From: Candidatus Pacebacteria bacterium CG2_30_36_39
GTDB lineage: Bacteria; Patescibacteriota; Microgenomatia; UBA1400; PJMF01
Assembly (NCBI GenBank): GCA_001873435.1
Contig: MNZB01000004.1
Coordinates: 158,980 to 222,979 of the forward strand
Direction: 5' to 3'
Length of the DNA: 64,000 nucleotides
In this document: one piece after another, positions 37,401 to 48,487 of the stretch
How positions within the stretch are numbered: the first letter of the stretch is position 1
How the letters are laid out: each line of letters starts with the position of its first letter
Notes under the pieces: model-generated
The model's input: only the letters and a program-made list of their open reading frames with translations
The model's database searches: none
What the model was told of the DNA's origin: nothing
Program-made: the position numbers and the translations under genes

Positions 37401-38384
37401 TTAAAAACTTATTAAATCAAGCACTTTTATCCAGAAACTTTGATCCATGCCTGTAAAATCTCCTGTTTCAGCATCAACAGTATATTGAGCTGCAACTTCA
37501 ACTGGAATAAACCACAGCAATTTTTCTTGTTTTTGAGTAGCAACTTTATATTCCAAGCCATTACCACCTTCAACTAAATCAATATTTTCTTGGTTATAAC
37601 TAAAGTCAGCTTGTTCTTCTAAAATTTGTTTGGCTTTATCAGGTGAAATGCCAAGTTTCACCAAACCAACCACAGTTTCAACAAATACCTCACCATTATC
37701 AGGATCGACTGTTAAAGGTAACTCCACTTGAGCACCCAAAACGCCATCGTTAATTTCCAAATGATCATCTTTATGTCTAATATATAGGTTTCTTTTTTCT
37801 GAAACTTTAATTTTCAACTCTTGTTCTTTAACTTTATATTCAAGTTTTGAAGGTTGTTTTGGATTAACACTTTGTTTAACAGTTACCTCTAATTCTTTAC
37901 CTGCTTTAGTTTTTATCTTCAACTCCTTTAGATCACCAGAACCATAAACCTTGTTTTCCAACTGTAACTCTTGACCTTCTTCGTCATCATGATCTTCACT
38001 TTTTAATTTTCTTTCTTCAATTAATTTACCTGATGAGTCATAAGTCTTCATTTCAACTTCAACTTTACCAGCTTCTTCTTGTCTCTTGATGTAAGTAGTA
38101 CTACCCATAGCATTTTTAATTTCTTCTTCTGAAGAATGATCATCCGCTTGCTCATCTTCATCATCTTTTTCGTCTTCCTGCTCATCCTCATCGTTTTCTT
38201 GTTCTTCTTCTTGTTTATTCTCCTGCTCATCCTCATCGCCCAAAACTTGACCATCACCAAAGATCATTGCCACCAATTCGGTTGTATTTGCTAAAGCTGG
38301 CTTTGAAATATGTTTACCAAACAAAGCAAACATAAATATAAAAAAAATTATTAATAGTAATTTTTTATTATTCATAGTTTTCAT
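37401..38384 (-). CDS. secreted protein with long poly-acidic (D/E/Q) tract
   Basis: Probable start MKTMNNKKLLLIIFFIFMFALFG (signal peptide). 50-aa DEDEQEN-type tract, then a K/E-rich domain. Confidence 0.5.
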   Translation of the reverse strand: MKTMNNKKLLLIIFFIFMFALFGKHISKPALANTTELVAMIFGDGQVLGDEDEQENKQEEEQENDEDEQEDEKDDEDEQADDHSSEEEIKNAMGSTTYIKRQEEAGKVEVEMKTYDSSGKLIEERKLKSEDHDDEEGQELQLENKVYGSGDLKELKIKTKAGKELEVTVKQSVNPKQPSKLEYKVKEQELKIKVSEKRNLYIRHKDDHLEINDGVLGAQVELPLTVDPDNGEVFVETVVGLVKLGISPDKAKQILEEQADFSYNQENIDLVEGGNGLEYKVATQKQEKLLWFIPVEVAAQYTVDAETGDFTGMDQSFWIKVLDLISF

Positions 38385-38424
38385 TATATGGGTGAAATCT
38401 AACAAATTTAAGTGATAAATCTTA

Positions 38425-38461
38425 CAAAAAAGCCCCTACCTTAAACAGTAGGGGCTTTTTA
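38425..38461 (-). terminator. rho-independent terminator downstream of dnaK
   Basis: agcccctac...gtaggggct hairpin with A/T runs on both sides. Confidence 0.65.
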
Positions 38462-38485
38462 TACCTCATCTTTAAAAACTAAACC

Positions 38486-40408
38486 CTATTCATTAACCAC
38501 TTCACCCTCTTCAGCTTCTTTCTTATCATCAGCCTTATCTTCTTTCTTTTCATCTTTGGCTTGACCAGCAGCTCCTTGAGCTTGAGCAGCCTGTGCTTTT
38601 TGCATAGCCTCACCAAGTTTTTGAGCAGAAGTCAAAGTCTCTTCGGAAGCCTTATCTAAATCCTCTTTGGAAACATCATCCTTAGCAGCTAATTCTTTGA
38701 GTTTTTTAATATTTTCCTCAATAGCTTCTTTATCCTTAGGATCAACTTTATCACCATAGTCTTTGACTTGTTTTTCCATCTCAAAAGCAATGCTATTGGC
38801 TTTGTTTTTGGCTTCAATCAAATCTTTTTTGGCCTTATCCTCTTCAGCATGCTGCTCTGCATCGTTCTTCATTTTCTCAACTTCTTCATCAGAAAGATTA
38901 GTACTATTTTGAATAGTAATCTTTTGCTCCTTACCAGAAGTTTTATCTTTAGCAGAAACATTTAGAATACCATTTGAATCAATATCAAAAGTCACTTCTA
39001 CTTGAGGAATACCTCTTGGAGCTGGTGGAATACCATCGAGTACAAAACGACCAAGAGTCTTATTATCTACAGCCATCTGACGTTCACCTTGCAAAACATT
39101 AATCTCTACCTGAGTCTGATTATCAGCCGCAGTAGAAAACACCTGTGACTTGCTAGTTGGAATAGTGGTATTGCGCTCAATCAAAGGAGTGCGAATTCCA
39201 CCCAGAGTCTCCAGACCTAAAGTTAAAGGAGTAACATCAAGTAAAACTACGTCAGTTACATCTCCACCAATAACACCTGCCTGGATAGCAGCGCCAACAG
39301 CTACCACTTCATCTGGATTAACACCCTTATGTGGTTCTTTGCCAAAGAATTTCTCAACTTCTTTTTGAATCTTAGGCATACGAGTTTGACCACCAACTAA
39401 TACAACCTCACTAATATCTTTGGTTTCAACCTTAGCATCTTTCATGGCCTTACGAACTGGTTCAAAAGATTTTTTGATCAAATCATCAACTAATTCTTCA
39501 AGCTTAGCTCTAGTTAAAGTCATAGTTAAATGCAAGGGTTGACCGCCATCACCTTGGGTAATGAAAGGCTGATTAATCTCTGTTTGTTGAGCAGAAGACA
39601 ATTCAATCTTGGCTTTTTCAGCACTATCCTTGACACGTTGCATAGCCTGAGGATCTTTGGAAAGATCTTTGCCTGAATCTTTTTTAAATTCAGCAAGAAT
39701 ATACTCAATAACAGCATTGTCAAAATCATCACCACCAAGAAAAGTATCACCATTAGTAGATTTAACTTCAAAAACACCATCTCCAATCTCTAAAATTGAG
39801 ATATCGAAAGTACCACCACCTAAGTCATAAACAGCAATGGTTTTACTACCTTTTTTATCAAGACCATAGGCCAAGGCAGCGGCAGTTGGCTCATTAACAA
39901 TGCGCTCTACTTTGAGACCAGCAATTTCACCAGCTTGCTTAGTAGCCTGACGTTGAGAGTCATCAAAATATGCTGGCACAGTAATAACAGCTCTCGTAAC
40001 TGTCTCACCCAAGTAACTTTCAGCATCAGCTTTGGCTTTAGCTAAAACCTTAGCAGAAATTTCTTGTGGGGTATAAGCCTTGTTATTAACTTTAACTACC
40101 ACCATCCCATCTTTGCCATCAGTAATATCATAAGCAATATGCTTAAGAGCATTCTGTACAGCCTTATCATTGAGTTTGCGACCCATAAAACGTTTAACAG
40201 AGTGAATAGTAGTTTTTGGATTCATCACCATCTGACGCTTAGCTGCATCACCCACCACTGAATCTTCACCTTTAAAATTTACAATTGAAGGAAAGGTATT
40301 GCGTCCTTCTGCCGTGGCAATAATCTTTGGTGAGCCACCCTCCATTACTGCTACTGCTGAATTTGTGGTACCCAAATCGATACCGATAATTTTGCCTGAG
40401 TTTGCCAT
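38486..40408 (-). CDS. dnaK: chaperone DnaK (Hsp70)
   Basis: [18 protein letters not shown], Hsp70 signature regions throughout. Confidence 0.95.
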   Translation of the reverse strand: MANSGKIIGIDLGTTNSAVAVMEGGSPKIIATAEGRNTFPSIVNFKGEDSVVGDAAKRQMVMNPKTTIHSVKRFMGRKLNDKAVQNALKHIAYDITDGKDGMVVVKVNNKAYTPQEISAKVLAKAKADAESYLGETVTRAVITVPAYFDDSQRQATKQAGEIAGLKVERIVNEPTAAALAYGLDKKGSKTIAVYDLGGGTFDISILEIGDGVFEVKSTNGDTFLGGDDFDNAVIEYILAEFKKDSGKDLSKDPQAMQRVKDSAEKAKIELSSAQQTEINQPFITQGDGGQPLHLTMTLTRAKLEELVDDLIKKSFEPVRKAMKDAKVETKDISEVVLVGGQTRMPKIQKEVEKFFGKEPHKGVNPDEVVAVGAAIQAGVIGGDVTDVVLLDVTPLTLGLETLGGIRTPLIERNTTIPTSKSQVFSTAADNQTQVEINVLQGERQMAVDNKTLGRFVLDGIPPAPRGIPQVEVTFDIDSNGILNVSAKDKTSGKEQKITIQNSTNLSDEEVEKMKNDAEQHAEEDKAKKDLIEAKNKANSIAFEMEKQVKDYGDKVDPKDKEAIEENIKKLKELAAKDDVSKEDLDKASEETLTSAQKLGEAMQKAQAAQAQGAAGQAKDEKKEDKADDKKEAEEGEVVNE

Positions 40409-40448
40409 ATTTACTCCTTTTATATTTATTCTTTTTTTACTTTTTAAA

Positions 40449-40931
40449 TTAGTCCAAAACTACCTTGGCATGCTGGATTACTAAGCCATTGAGACGGTAA
40501 CCTTTTTGGCTTACTTGGACTACTTTTTTACCATTTTGTTGTTTTTCAATTACTTCCATAGTTTCTACATCAAATTCTTTATTCAATACTTCTATTTCCT
40601 CCAAACCAAAATCAGCCAAAACCTTTTTTAACTGCTCAGTAACCATTGTTAAACCTTGATCTTGTAGTTGTTGAGCAGCTAACTGTAAATGTTCAAATGG
40701 CTGTAATAAAGATTCAATCAAATCTCTATTTGCCATTTTAATACTGCGCAAGCGCTCTTCTTGGGTTCTACGCATTAAGTTTTGATAATCTGCTAAAGAA
40801 CGTTTTTCTTTTTCAAGTTCTTGAGACAACTTTTCTTCTAGCTCTGCAACTTTTGCGATAGCCACTACCAATTCTTCCGATTGATCGGCGACAACATGAT
40901 CAGTGTTATTACTTATCTTTGTTTTTTTCAT
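40449..40931 (-). CDS. grpE: nucleotide exchange factor GrpE
   Basis: Coiled-coil N-terminus, conserved C-terminal GrpE region. Position between hrcA and dnaK. Confidence 0.85.
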   Translation of the reverse strand: MKKTKISNNTDHVVADQSEELVVAIAKVAELEEKLSQELEKEKRSLADYQNLMRRTQEERLRSIKMANRDLIESLLQPFEHLQLAAQQLQDQGLTMVTEQLKKVLADFGLEEIEVLNKEFDVETMEVIEKQQNGKKVVQVSQKGYRLNGLVIQHAKVVLD

Positions 40932-40937
40932 TTAACC

Positions 40938-41663
40938 TTATCCGGTAATTTCTTCAATTAAACCCTTAAAATATTTCATCATTGGAATGATGTAAGGATA
41001 GTCAAAACGATGTGAGCCAATTACACCTATTTTACAAAGTTGACCTCCGGCTGTAACTTCCATATAAATTAGACTTACAGGTTCAAGATTTTTGTTTCCC
41101 AGCTCTTTGCCATAAACTAGATGAACTGGGTTTTCACTTTGACCAAGATCAAAGACATCTTCCATCATCCCAGCTTCTTCAATTAAATTGAGCACATTGC
41201 GAGTAACACGAATATCAAAAAATTCTGGCATATTTAATAAATTAGCATAACCAGAATGATAGATGCGATGATCTATGGGAGTCATAGCTACTCCGACAGC
41301 ATGAGCTTTTTCAGCCAAGATACGAGCCGCTTCATAAAGCAAGGCGTCTGTTTGTTGACGATACTTCCAAATTTTTTCTTTTGCCCCTACTTCATCTGCC
41401 ACTGACAATTCTTTTTCTTTCATCAGCTCATTAACGTATAAACGTAAAGCCAAAGGTGTAGGAATACGCCCAGCAGAAATATGAGATTTTTGTAAATAAC
41501 CTTGCTTGGTAAGATAAACCATTTCATTGCGAATAGTGGCCGGAGAAACACCAATGTTGAATTTTTTATCAATAGTATCAGAGCCAACTGGCTTAGCTGT
41601 TTCGATAAACTCCTCGATGATAGCGCGTAATATTTGGATCTGACGAGCAACGAGATCAATCAT
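40938..41663 (-). CDS. hrcA: heat-inducible transcription repressor HrcA
   Basis: N-terminal winged helix (PVGSDTI...ATIRNEMVYLTKQGYL), HrcA C-terminal domain. Start taken at ATG 41663 (MIDLVARQ), because the longer ORF begins at TTG and overlaps CIRCE. Confidence 0.8.
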   Translation of the reverse strand: MIDLVARQIQILRAIIEEFIETAKPVGSDTIDKKFNIGVSPATIRNEMVYLTKQGYLQKSHISAGRIPTPLALRLYVNELMKEKELSVADEVGAKEKIWKYRQQTDALLYEAARILAEKAHAVGVAMTPIDHRIYHSGYANLLNMPEFFDIRVTRNVLNLIEEAGMMEDVFDLGQSENPVHLVYGKELGNKNLEPVSLIYMEVTAGGQLCKIGVIGSHRFDYPYIIPMMKYFKGLIEEITG

Positions 41664-41667
41664 AATA

Positions 41668-41694
41668 TTAGCAATGATATACAAAGAGTGCTAA
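41668..41694. promoter_or_regulatory. CIRCE-like inverted repeat (HrcA operator)
   Basis: Minus-strand reading TTAGCACTC-N9-CATTGCTAA (consensus TTAGCACTC-N9-GAGTGCTAA), immediately upstream of hrcA. Confidence 0.6.
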
Positions 41695-41722
41695 CAAGTC
41701 AATCAGAAAATAAAAACGAGTG

Positions 41723-42847
41723 CTAATTTGAAAAAGAAGCAACTAAATCACGAATTTTACTCTGGAAAACTGCTTTACTAAACTTTTCTGCCCAAACCCT
41801 AATAGCAACTGGAGAAAAATTTTGCAACTCAAAATGTTTAATACCCTCCTCCAAACCAGCCTCATTAAGCTCATTAAAAAGAATACCAGTTTTATCATTT
41901 TTAACAGTTTCTTTGGGACCACCAGAATTGTGAGCAATCACTGGAGTTCCATAAAGCATAGCCTCAACTGGCACAATCCCAAAATCCTCATACTCCACTG
42001 GATATAATAAAGCCTTAGCTCCAGCATAGAGCTCAGCTAATTTAATATCATCAACTGCACCCAAAAACTCAACTGAAGGACCAGCCATAGCTTGTAATTG
42101 AGACAACATCTTACCAGTTCCAACTACTTTTAAAGGCAAATTAAGTTTTGTGCATACAGATACAGCCAACTCTGGATGCTTAGCTAAAGCCAACCGATTT
42201 ACATAGAGAAAATACTTTCTATCTTTCGGTTCAACTAAGGTTTTTTTATCGCTTCCATTCAAATCAACGGGAGGATAGATAACTATTGATTCTCGACGAT
42301 AAAACTTGGTGATTCTACCAGCGGTTTCTTGAGAATTTGCAATAAATTTATCAACATTATTTCGAGAAACTTTTACATCAATAATTCTCATAAAATGATT
42401 TAAAAAATATCCAGCAACTCTCATTAGTGGATTACTCTTCCAATCAGACATAGCGGAATAACCATACAAAACTCTAGGAGGAGTATGACAATAACAAATA
42501 TGTTTACCATTGATAACCCTTACCGCCTTAGCAAAGTATGCATTGGAAGAAGAAATCACTAAATCATAAGCAGATAAATCTAAACTAGAAAAAGCCCATG
42601 GAGCTAAAAATCTCAATGGAGAATGCAATTTTTTAAACCCAGGGATTTTACTTAGCCATGTTTCCCTAATATCCCAATCAGCAAATCTTGATGCGTGGAC
42701 CCCCAGAGATTTTTGGTCATAAAAAGCAGTATAAACTGGGGCTTCTGGATACATCTCATGTAAAGCTTCCAAAACCCTCTCTGCTCCACCAAATTCTCTT
42801 AAATAATCATGAACCAGGGCAATTTTTTGAGGAAAATTTTTTGACAT
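41723..42847 (-). CDS. GT4 family glycosyltransferase
   Basis: EDFGIVPVEAMLYGTPVIAHNSGGPKETV (E-x7-E GT4 motif). Confidence 0.8.
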   Translation of the reverse strand: MSKNFPQKIALVHDYLREFGGAERVLEALHEMYPEAPVYTAFYDQKSLGVHASRFADWDIRETWLSKIPGFKKLHSPLRFLAPWAFSSLDLSAYDLVISSSNAYFAKAVRVINGKHICYCHTPPRVLYGYSAMSDWKSNPLMRVAGYFLNHFMRIIDVKVSRNNVDKFIANSQETAGRITKFYRRESIVIYPPVDLNGSDKKTLVEPKDRKYFLYVNRLALAKHPELAVSVCTKLNLPLKVVGTGKMLSQLQAMAGPSVEFLGAVDDIKLAELYAGAKALLYPVEYEDFGIVPVEAMLYGTPVIAHNSGGPKETVKNDKTGILFNELNEAGLEEGIKHFELQNFSPVAIRVWAEKFSKAVFQSKIRDLVASFSN

Positions 42848-43776
42848 TAAAATAGTGCCTCCTGAACTGAAGTTTCAAATGCATCCTGAGGTAATAAAGA
42901 AATAAGTGATTTAAAATTCAGTTCCGTAAATAAATCAGCAATAGTTTGTTTGTTATATGAAGAAACTCTACAATCCTCAAGCACAAACTTAATTGGAGCA
43001 TCAGTGATAATGGTAGCTAATTCTTTACTAACCAAGGCACTTTCTTTATCAGTAATTAATTTTTTCTTAACCGATGGAGTAAAAATTGGAGACTCTTGAT
43101 CTGCCTCTAAAGCCTGATAAACACCAGCCACTGTCTTGAAACTCTGAATCAAAGCAGCTGCGGTTTTGGGACCTATTCCTTTAACACCAGGAATATTATC
43201 AGAACTATCACCCATTAAGCCCTTAAGATCTGGTACCTGGTCTGGAGCTACGCCCATTTTTTCCTTAACAGCCTGAATATCATATTCTTTATCTGTTTGA
43301 AATTTACCCCTTCCAGGCATATATACATGAGTATCATTATCAACTAATTGGAACATATCCTTATCACCAGTTAAAATTACAGTTAATAACTCTTTATCCA
43401 AAGACTCAATAGTGCGGTTAATTGTTCCAATCAAATCATCTGCCTCATAACCTTCTATTTCAAATTGTGGAATATTCAATGCTTCAACCACACTTTTAAT
43501 TATACCTATTTGAGACTGAAGTTCTTCTGGCATAGTAGGACGATTAGCCTTATATGCCTCAAACTCCTTATGTCTCATTGTGGGTTTGGGATGATCAAAA
43601 GCCACTGCTATATGAGTTGGTTCTAAATTTTGAATTACAGTTAATAAAATTCTAGAAAAACCATAAACAGCATTAATCAACTGACCAGTTGGAGTAGTTA
43701 GTTCTTTGGGAAAACCAAAAAAACATCGATAAATCAATGCATGTCCATCAATGAGAAGAAATGTTTTTTGGGACAT
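42847..43776 (-). CDS. stand-alone 5'-3' exonuclease (Pol I N-terminal / FEN-like domain)
   Basis: LLIDGHALIYRCFFG...DLIGT...GDKDMFQLV...GVKGIGPKTA motifs. 309 aa, no polymerase domain. Confidence 0.8.
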   Translation of the reverse strand: MSQKTFLLIDGHALIYRCFFGFPKELTTPTGQLINAVYGFSRILLTVIQNLEPTHIAVAFDHPKPTMRHKEFEAYKANRPTMPEELQSQIGIIKSVVEALNIPQFEIEGYEADDLIGTINRTIESLDKELLTVILTGDKDMFQLVDNDTHVYMPGRGKFQTDKEYDIQAVKEKMGVAPDQVPDLKGLMGDSSDNIPGVKGIGPKTAAALIQSFKTVAGVYQALEADQESPIFTPSVKKKLITDKESALVSKELATIITDAPIKFVLEDCRVSSYNKQTIADLFTELNFKSLISLLPQDAFETSVQEALF

Positions 43777-43791
43777 ATTGTCTGTATTCTA

Positions 43792-44244
43792 CTACAGACG
43801 CCAGCGTTGAGGAGGTAATGAAGATTTACTGTCTTTATTCTTAACTAAATAATCAGTCTTGTTCTTTAGGCTACGCAACTCATCCTCAATACGATCAAGC
43901 TTCTCATGCATTCTGCGCCACTCATAATCTTCTTGCATCTGATTAAGATAAACAGTAATCGTACCAACTAAAGCACCGAACATTACCGCTCCAGAGAGTT
44001 GTAATAAGGCTCCTAAAAATCTGCCAGCATTAGTAACAGGCACTACATCACCATAGCCGACAGCAGTAACCGTTGACATCGCCCACCACAAGCCGTCGCT
44101 TGCTGATTGAATATTTGATTGTGGATCCATTATTTCTAAAGGAATAATCACCATACCAGCAAAAATTGTAGCGGTAAAAATTATGATCAAAATCTTACCT
44201 AAACGACGAGATAAAGGAAAACGACGCATTAATGGGACAGTCAT
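43792..44244 (-). CDS. two-TM potassium channel (KcsA-like)
   Basis: Selectivity filter TAVGYGD between two hydrophobic helices. 150 aa. Confidence 0.75.
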   Translation of the reverse strand: MTVPLMRRFPLSRRLGKILIIIFTATIFAGMVIIPLEIMDPQSNIQSASDGLWWAMSTVTAVGYGDVVPVTNAGRFLGALLQLSGAVMFGALVGTITVYLNQMQEDYEWRRMHEKLDRIEDELRSLKNKTDYLVKNKDSKSSLPPQRWRL

Positions 44245-44292
44245 TATGTTCTCTATGATACGAGAAAATCTTTAGAAGAACAAGTTCGTTTG

Positions 44293-46260
44293 CTAGCTAC
44301 GCTTAAGCTCTTTGCGAGCCTTAGGCATACCCATAACTCTTTCAAACTCATCACTATCCATAGTCTCTATTTCCAAGAGTTTTTTGGTTACAGCATCAAG
44401 TTCTTTACGATGTTTCTTTAATAATAAAGTAGCTTTTTTCTGAGCTTCATCAATGTATTTACGAATTTCATCATCAACTTTTTCTTGAAGTTGACTAGAA
44501 ATCTTTTGTGGCTCGCCCCAGGCTCTGGCATATGTTTGGTCATATTGAGGGGCGAAATTCATTGGACCCAAATCACTCATACCATACTCCACCACCATAG
44601 CTCTAGCAGCTCTTGTGGCGCGCTCAATATCATTACTGGCACCAGCTGTTTGCTCGCCATAAACCAACTCTTCAGCTGTACGACCGCCCATCATTACCAC
44701 CATATCATCCAACATCTCTGATTTGAGCAATTGCACTCTATCTTTTTCTGGAGGAGTAAATGTATATCCCAAGGCATGACCTCTGGAAACAATAGAAATT
44801 CTATGAACTGGATCGGCATAGGGAAGAATATGAGCCAAAACAGCATGACCAGCCTCATGGCAAGCAGTCATCTCACGCTCATAATCATCATGAAGACGTT
44901 TTTTGCTTGGACCATATTTTACTTTCAAAGAAGCCTCTTCAATATCTTCCATATTAATGAAGTCTCTGCTTTCGCGAGCAATAGCAATAGCAGCCTCATT
45001 CATCATATTTTCTAGATCTGCTCCAGAAAATCCAACTGTTCTCTTAGCTATCTTTTCCCAAGTTAAAGCTGGATCCATAGGTTTGCCTTTGGCATGAATC
45101 TTTAAAATAAATTTACGTTCTTCTAAATCAGGTAAGGAAACAGTCACACGACGATCAAAACGACCAGGACGAACCAAAGCTGGATCAAGCATGTCTCCCC
45201 TGTTTGTAGCAGCCATAACAATTACGTTTTCATTACGAGCAAAACCATCCATTTCAACTAAGATTTGATTTAAAGTCTGCTCTCTTTCGTCATGCCCACC
45301 CATACTGCCTTGGCCACGAATGCGACCAATTGCATCAATTTCATCGATAAAAATAATAGCTGGAGCTAACTTTTTAGCTGTCTCAAACAAGTCACGAACT
45401 CTAGAAGCACCAACACCAACTAGCATTTCCATAAATTCAGAACCTGCAATAGATAAGAACTGTACATTTGCTTCTCCAGCTACAGCTCTGGCCAATAAAG
45501 TTTTTCCTGTACCAGATGGACCAACCAATAAAACACCTTTTGGAGTACGAGCTCCCACTTTAATATATTTCTTAGGATTCTTTAAAAAGTCGACAATTTC
45601 TTGTAGTTCTTGCTTAGCTTCATCCATACCGCCCACATCACCAAAAGTAATGCTTTGCTTGCCTTTAACAAAAACTTTGGCTTTACTACGACCAATACCC
45701 ATAATTCCGTCTTGAGCTCCGCGAGCCTGTCGGAACATCATTAAGAAAAATAAAATCATTAAACCAAGCGGCAAGAAATTAATTATCAATTCCCAAAAAA
45801 GTTGACCAAAAGCCACATTCTCGATGTTGAGATCTACTGCAGTAATATCAATACCAGCAGAATCTAAAATTGAGAGAGCTTCCTGACCTTCTTCCTTAAG
45901 AGCATATTTTTTGCTCTCATCTTTATAAATACCTCTTAGTTCAGTGCTAGTAACCTGAATTTTTTCAATTTTTTCTTCACGAATATCACGCACCATTTGG
46001 CTTAAAGAAACATATTCAGTAGAACCACCAAAAAGATTGCGTATTGCAGGAAAAAAGATTAATAAAAGAATTAAAAAAATAAAACCTTTATTAAAGATAT
46101 TATTCAAATTCATATTAAATTGGAAAATCTTCACATTTTTTGGCAATTTAGGCATTTGTTGTTGAACACCAGGCTTTTTTTGAGTTTTTTGAGGATCAGC
46201 AGCCTTATTTTGAGGTGAAATATTTTTTTTATCTTGTTTTGTTCCAGGCTTGTCAGTCAT
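44293..46260 (-). CDS. ftsH: ATP-dependent zinc metalloprotease FtsH
   Basis: [11 protein letters not shown] region, HEAGHA zinc motif. N-terminal TM helices. Confidence 0.95.
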   Translation of the reverse strand: MTDKPGTKQDKKNISPQNKAADPQKTQKKPGVQQQMPKLPKNVKIFQFNMNLNNIFNKGFIFLILLLIFFPAIRNLFGGSTEYVSLSQMVRDIREEKIEKIQVTSTELRGIYKDESKKYALKEEGQEALSILDSAGIDITAVDLNIENVAFGQLFWELIINFLPLGLMILFFLMMFRQARGAQDGIMGIGRSKAKVFVKGKQSITFGDVGGMDEAKQELQEIVDFLKNPKKYIKVGARTPKGVLLVGPSGTGKTLLARAVAGEANVQFLSIAGSEFMEMLVGVGASRVRDLFETAKKLAPAIIFIDEIDAIGRIRGQGSMGGHDEREQTLNQILVEMDGFARNENVIVMAATNRGDMLDPALVRPGRFDRRVTVSLPDLEERKFILKIHAKGKPMDPALTWEKIAKRTVGFSGADLENMMNEAAIAIARESRDFINMEDIEEASLKVKYGPSKKRLHDDYEREMTACHEAGHAVLAHILPYADPVHRISIVSRGHALGYTFTPPEKDRVQLLKSEMLDDMVVMMGGRTAEELVYGEQTAGASNDIERATRAARAMVVEYGMSDLGPMNFAPQYDQTYARAWGEPQKISSQLQEKVDDEIRKYIDEAQKKATLLLKKHRKELDAVTKKLLEIETMDSDEFERVMGMPKARKELKRS

Positions 46261-46342
46261 AGTGAGAGGTATTGTAACATGATCATTGATTCAAAAAAGA
46301 GTTGCAGGATTACAAATTTTAAACCTTTATATATCAAAAAAA

Positions 46343-46837
46343 TTATCTTGGCAGATCTTTTTCATATTTAGAAAAAAGTGCCTCAACTTTGTCCCTATAC
46401 CCAGAGTAGAGTTCCCAAAACTTTTCCCCCGACCAAATATGTAGGGAAATTAATGCCCCAAGTGCTGAAACATTATTATTTTTTTCAGATAAACCAATAT
46501 CTCTGGCATTGCCAATGTGTTGTAAGTGCCACTCGGCCTCACATTTTGGACAATGAAGACGCAGGTTGCTTAAAGCATTATATCGATTAAGTTTATGACC
46601 ATTTTGGTCTGAAATTCTAGTATGATCCATGTGACCAACAATACTCTCGTCTTCATTCAAACGAATACCACAACTCTCACATCTACCACTAGCTCTTTCG
46701 CGAACTTCTCTCTTAGCTCCTTGCGAAGCAGAAGAAAAAGCTACTCCAACTATCGCTCCAAGAGCCAATAGCCACCACAAAATCTTCTGATTTTTGTTTT
46801 CCTCAGCAGAAGCCAGTAAAACAGACTCTCTTTCCAA
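46343..46837 (-). CDS. membrane-anchored HNH endonuclease domain protein
   Basis: N-terminal hydrophobic helix ILWWLLALGAIVGVAF, then CESCG...H...H...N...H...CPKC His-Me finger pattern. Confidence 0.65.
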   Translation of the reverse strand: MERESVLLASAEENKNQKILWWLLALGAIVGVAFSSASQGAKREVRERASGRCESCGIRLNEDESIVGHMDHTRISDQNGHKLNRYNALSNLRLHCPKCEAEWHLQHIGNARDIGLSEKNNNVSALGALISLHIWSGEKFWELYSGYRDKVEALFSKYEKDLPR

Positions 46838-46884
46838 AGAGAACTTTCTATTGAATTAATAAACTGGGGCAGATTTATGTAAGC

Positions 46885-47220
46885 TTAGCGCACTACAGTG
46901 CCAGCTGCAACTTCTGGTTTTAGGGAAAAAGGAACTGGTTGATCATCACCATCAGCCATAATCATCATTCCTTGGCTAATTGAGTCACCCATTTTGCGCT
47001 CAGCCATATTAACAATAAACATATATGAGTTACCAATAAAATCTTCTGGCTGATACCACTGTTTAATACCAGATAAAATTGTTTTTTCACCAATCTCTGC
47101 ACCAAAATCTACCCTAAACTCTAGTAGTTTTTGACTCCACTCTGGGGCTGCCGCGGCAATTATCTTGCCAATTCTAATATCTAATTTTTCAAAATCACTA
47201 TATTCTATGGTTGGTTTCAT
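46885..47220 (-). CDS. tRNA-binding domain protein (CsaA/Trbp111 / MetRS C-terminal-like)
   Basis: LDIRIGKII...VDFG... OB-fold tRNA-binding pattern. 111 aa. Confidence 0.7.
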   Translation of the reverse strand: MKPTIEYSDFEKLDIRIGKIIAAAAPEWSQKLLEFRVDFGAEIGEKTILSGIKQWYQPEDFIGNSYMFIVNMAERKMGDSISQGMMIMADGDDQPVPFSLKPEVAAGTVVR

Positions 47221-47234
47221 ATTTTTCCCAAAAA

Positions 47235-48248
47235 CTAATTTTTTACTCCAATAATTTTATATACTTCAGTTAAAGTAGCATTTGCCACTTGGCCTGCCTT
47301 GTCGGCTCCCATAGCCAAAATCTTGGTTACTAGTTCCAGATCGTTCGCCAAAGCCAATCTGCGCTTACGAGCCGCTTCAAACATTCTTTGATGAGCTAAA
47401 AATAGTTTCTCTTTAACTTCAACATCGCCTACTTGTCCTGCCTGGTATCTTGATTTTAAATCAGTAACTTCATCCTGATTATCATTAATCAAATCATGAT
47501 AGATAAAGATTGGATTGCCATCTACTTTCCCTGGATCAGTAGCTTTTTTGCGGTTTGGATCAGTGAAACAAGACATAATCTGTTTACGAATTACTGCTTC
47601 ATCTTCAAAAATGCCAATAGTATTACCCAATGATTTACTCATCTTGCGTTGACCATCAGTGCCAACAATCTTACCAACTTGCTTGGAAATTAGTGGTTCT
47701 GGTAAAGGAAATTCTTCTTGTTGATAAGTACGATTGAAGTTTTCAGCAATATCACGAGTTAACTCAATATGCTGACGTTGATCTTCACCAACTGGAATAC
47801 CAAATGGTTTGTAAAGCAAAATGTCTGCTGCCATTAAAATGGGATAGTTAAATAAGCCCATATTAATTGATTCAACTCCAATATCTTTTTGAAGTTTATC
47901 TTTAAAAGCATGCATTCTTTGCATCTGGCCAAAAGAGATATAGTTTGCCAAAACAATGGCTAACTGAGTATGGGCTGGAACTTGAGACTGGCGAAAGAAA
48001 ACACATTTTTCTGGATCAAGGCCTAAAGATAAATAATCAAGAACCACGCCTAAAATATTTTTTTCTAGAGTTTTTTGATCATGTACTGTGGTAAGAGCAT
48101 GTAAATCAGCAACAAAATAAAATGTTTCTTTACTGCTGTCATTTTGTAGCTCAATTTGTGGTTTTACAGCACCAAAATAATTGCCAATATGGAGAGAGTT
48201 GCCGCTTGGAGTAATGCCAGATAAAATTCTATTTGTTTTTGTTGTCAT
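47235..48248 (-). CDS. trpS: tryptophan--tRNA ligase
   Basis: GITPSGNSLHIGN (HIGH) and KMSKS motifs. About 337 aa. Confidence 0.9.
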   Translation of the reverse strand: MTTKTNRILSGITPSGNSLHIGNYFGAVKPQIELQNDSSKETFYFVADLHALTTVHDQKTLEKNILGVVLDYLSLGLDPEKCVFFRQSQVPAHTQLAIVLANYISFGQMQRMHAFKDKLQKDIGVESINMGLFNYPILMAADILLYKPFGIPVGEDQRQHIELTRDIAENFNRTYQQEEFPLPEPLISKQVGKIVGTDGQRKMSKSLGNTIGIFEDEAVIRKQIMSCFTDPNRKKATDPGKVDGNPIFIYHDLINDNQDEVTDLKSRYQAGQVGDVEVKEKLFLAHQRMFEAARKRRLALANDLELVTKILAMGADKAGQVANATLTEVYKIIGVKN

Positions 48249-48308
48249 AAAGTTTCCTAATTATAAATGAATACGTAAGTTTTGCAGAGGCATATCTGGA
48301 ATTAAATC

Positions 48309-48340
48309 CAAAAAACCCCCAATTTTAGGGGGTTTTGTTT
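48309..48340 (-). terminator. rho-independent terminator downstream of the recombinase gene
   Basis: aaccccc-aatttta-gggggtt hairpin with flanking A/T runs. Confidence 0.6.
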
Positions 48341-48487
48341 CAAATTAATTTCTTTTAAATTTTATAACACAACAAATACACCCCTCTTATTTTGAGTGGC
48401 GCCACCAAGAAAATTTAATTTGTTGGTAAGTATTTGTCATATCCATGTTTTATTCTAATTTATCTAAACTTATTTACCATTACTGGT

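Noticed and set aside
38048-38260. 70-aa Lys-rich ORF inside the acidic secreted protein gene
   Set aside because: It is an alternative frame of the poly-acidic tract (GAA/GAT repeats read as AAG/AAA). It is not independent.
48380-48400. tRNA-like 3' end (tggcgccacca) suggesting a tRNA fragment or att site near the recombinase
   Set aside because: There is no T-arm or other tRNA structure upstream. The sequence is just a GC palindrome, gtggcgccac.
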